Shown: positions 36,178-36,823 of the stretch, in pieces
Layout: every line of letters starts with the position of its first letter
Position numbering within the stretch: the stretch's first letter is position 1
Source: a candidate division WOR-3 bacterium
GTDB taxonomy: Bacteria > Hydrothermota > Hydrothermia > B15-G9
Reading direction: 5' to 3'
Assembly: GCA_027037615.1 (NCBI GenBank)
Contig: JALVZN010000051.1
Location: forward strand, 1-36,823
DNA: 36,823 bases
Notes under the pieces: generated by a model
What the model saw: the letters and a program-made list of their open reading frames with translations, nothing else
The model's database searches: none
What the model was told of the DNA's origin: nothing
Made by a program: the position numbers and the translations under genes

Positions 36178-36823
36178 TTCACACCTCCTACCTGTGGCAT
36201 TATGCTTGCCTTGTTGTTGACAGCGGTCGATTCCGCCGCAAAGCTCCGAGATGTTGAATCGATGATAGCAGACATTGAGGATCCGTTATTTGAAATATTT
36301 TTGCTGATGAACTCGATAAATCCGTTGATCTTTTCATCCACAATAGAATCTTTAATGACGGCGGTAATGGCATCCCTCAATTTGGCCAACCTGTTAATAA
36401 TTATGTGCTTTGCCGTATTAAGTTTGTCACCACCTTTTCCAACTCGTTTTACGCATTTCTGTATGTCATAAGCATAGTCGCTATAATAACCTAACAGAAA
36501 GAGATAGTAAGGCAGAGCCAAATCGGATTCTCCGGGTGAAATCTTCTGAGAAATATACCTGCTCGAAAGCTCCGTAACATACCTATGAACCCTTATAGAT
36601 GTGCAACTGGCGGAATCGCTCATCCTTGCGTTTACCACGGTGCCTTTGAATATCTCCTTTAACCTGTATATGATACTCTTATGGCTCTCGATTGGCCCTC
36701 GTTTTCCTTTTAGAATTGTTCTGTCACATAAGATCTTTTGAGAATCTTCCGCATAAGTGCCACTCCAGTGAGTCATCCTCTTTACATAGTAGGACATATA
36801 AGAAAGGTTTATGCTTGCCAGAC
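36144..36823 (-). CDS. Hypothetical protein, probably the 3' part of a gene starting beyond the window
   Basis: The frame stays open upstream of ATG 36797 to the window edge (LASINLSYM...). No recognisable motif. Confidence 0.55.
   Translation of the reverse strand, partial: LASINLSYMSYYVKRMTHWSGTYAEDSQKILCDRTILKGKRGPIESHKSIIYRLKEIFKGTVVNARMSDSASCTSIRVHRYVTELSSRYISQKISPGESDLALPYYLFLLGYYSDYAYDIQKCVKRVGKGGDKLNTAKHIIINRLAKLRDAITAVIKDSIVDEKINGFIEFISKNISNNGSSMSAIIDSTSRSFAAESTAVNNKASIMPQVGGVNWKQEKAKKRR

Overview
A gene-dense bacterial chromosomal window. The gene content (PorU-like C25 protein, T9SS-like C-terminal domains, heptose/LPS genes, very short signal peptides) suggests an FCB-related candidate phylum such as WOR-3; this is inference. 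Left part, minus strand: a giant Asp/Gly-rich Ca-binding-repeat protein that the ORF track missed (start 4816, >1600 aa, runs off the left edge, internal 432-bp tandem repeat); an operon led by tRNA-Cys and tRNA-Leu (DUF4321-like protein, two sugar ABC permeases, PorU-like protein, bactofilin, TatD, GmhA); and a six-gene coupled operon (PLD nuclease, metallophosphoesterase lacking most metal ligands, NfeD, SPFH, an unannotated 53-aa free-standing NrdD glycyl-radical peptide, FmdB Zn-ribbon). Middle: a PKD lipoprotein, Fur, an AAA/DUF4143 ATPase bracketed by ~325-bp direct repeats that carry a palindrome over its promoter, a modular secreted GH57-like enzyme, DUF1015 and a purple-acid-phosphatase-like protein. 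Right part: an uncharacterised four-gene membrane cluster (DUF6754-like), a sigma54-driven type IV pilin, a truncated GT9, and four transporters (AGCS, SSS, two MFS). The best candidates for undescribed biology are the four-gene membrane complex (25996-29248) and the stand-alone glycyl-radical peptide (13346-13507). No CRISPR array, integrase or transposase was seen.
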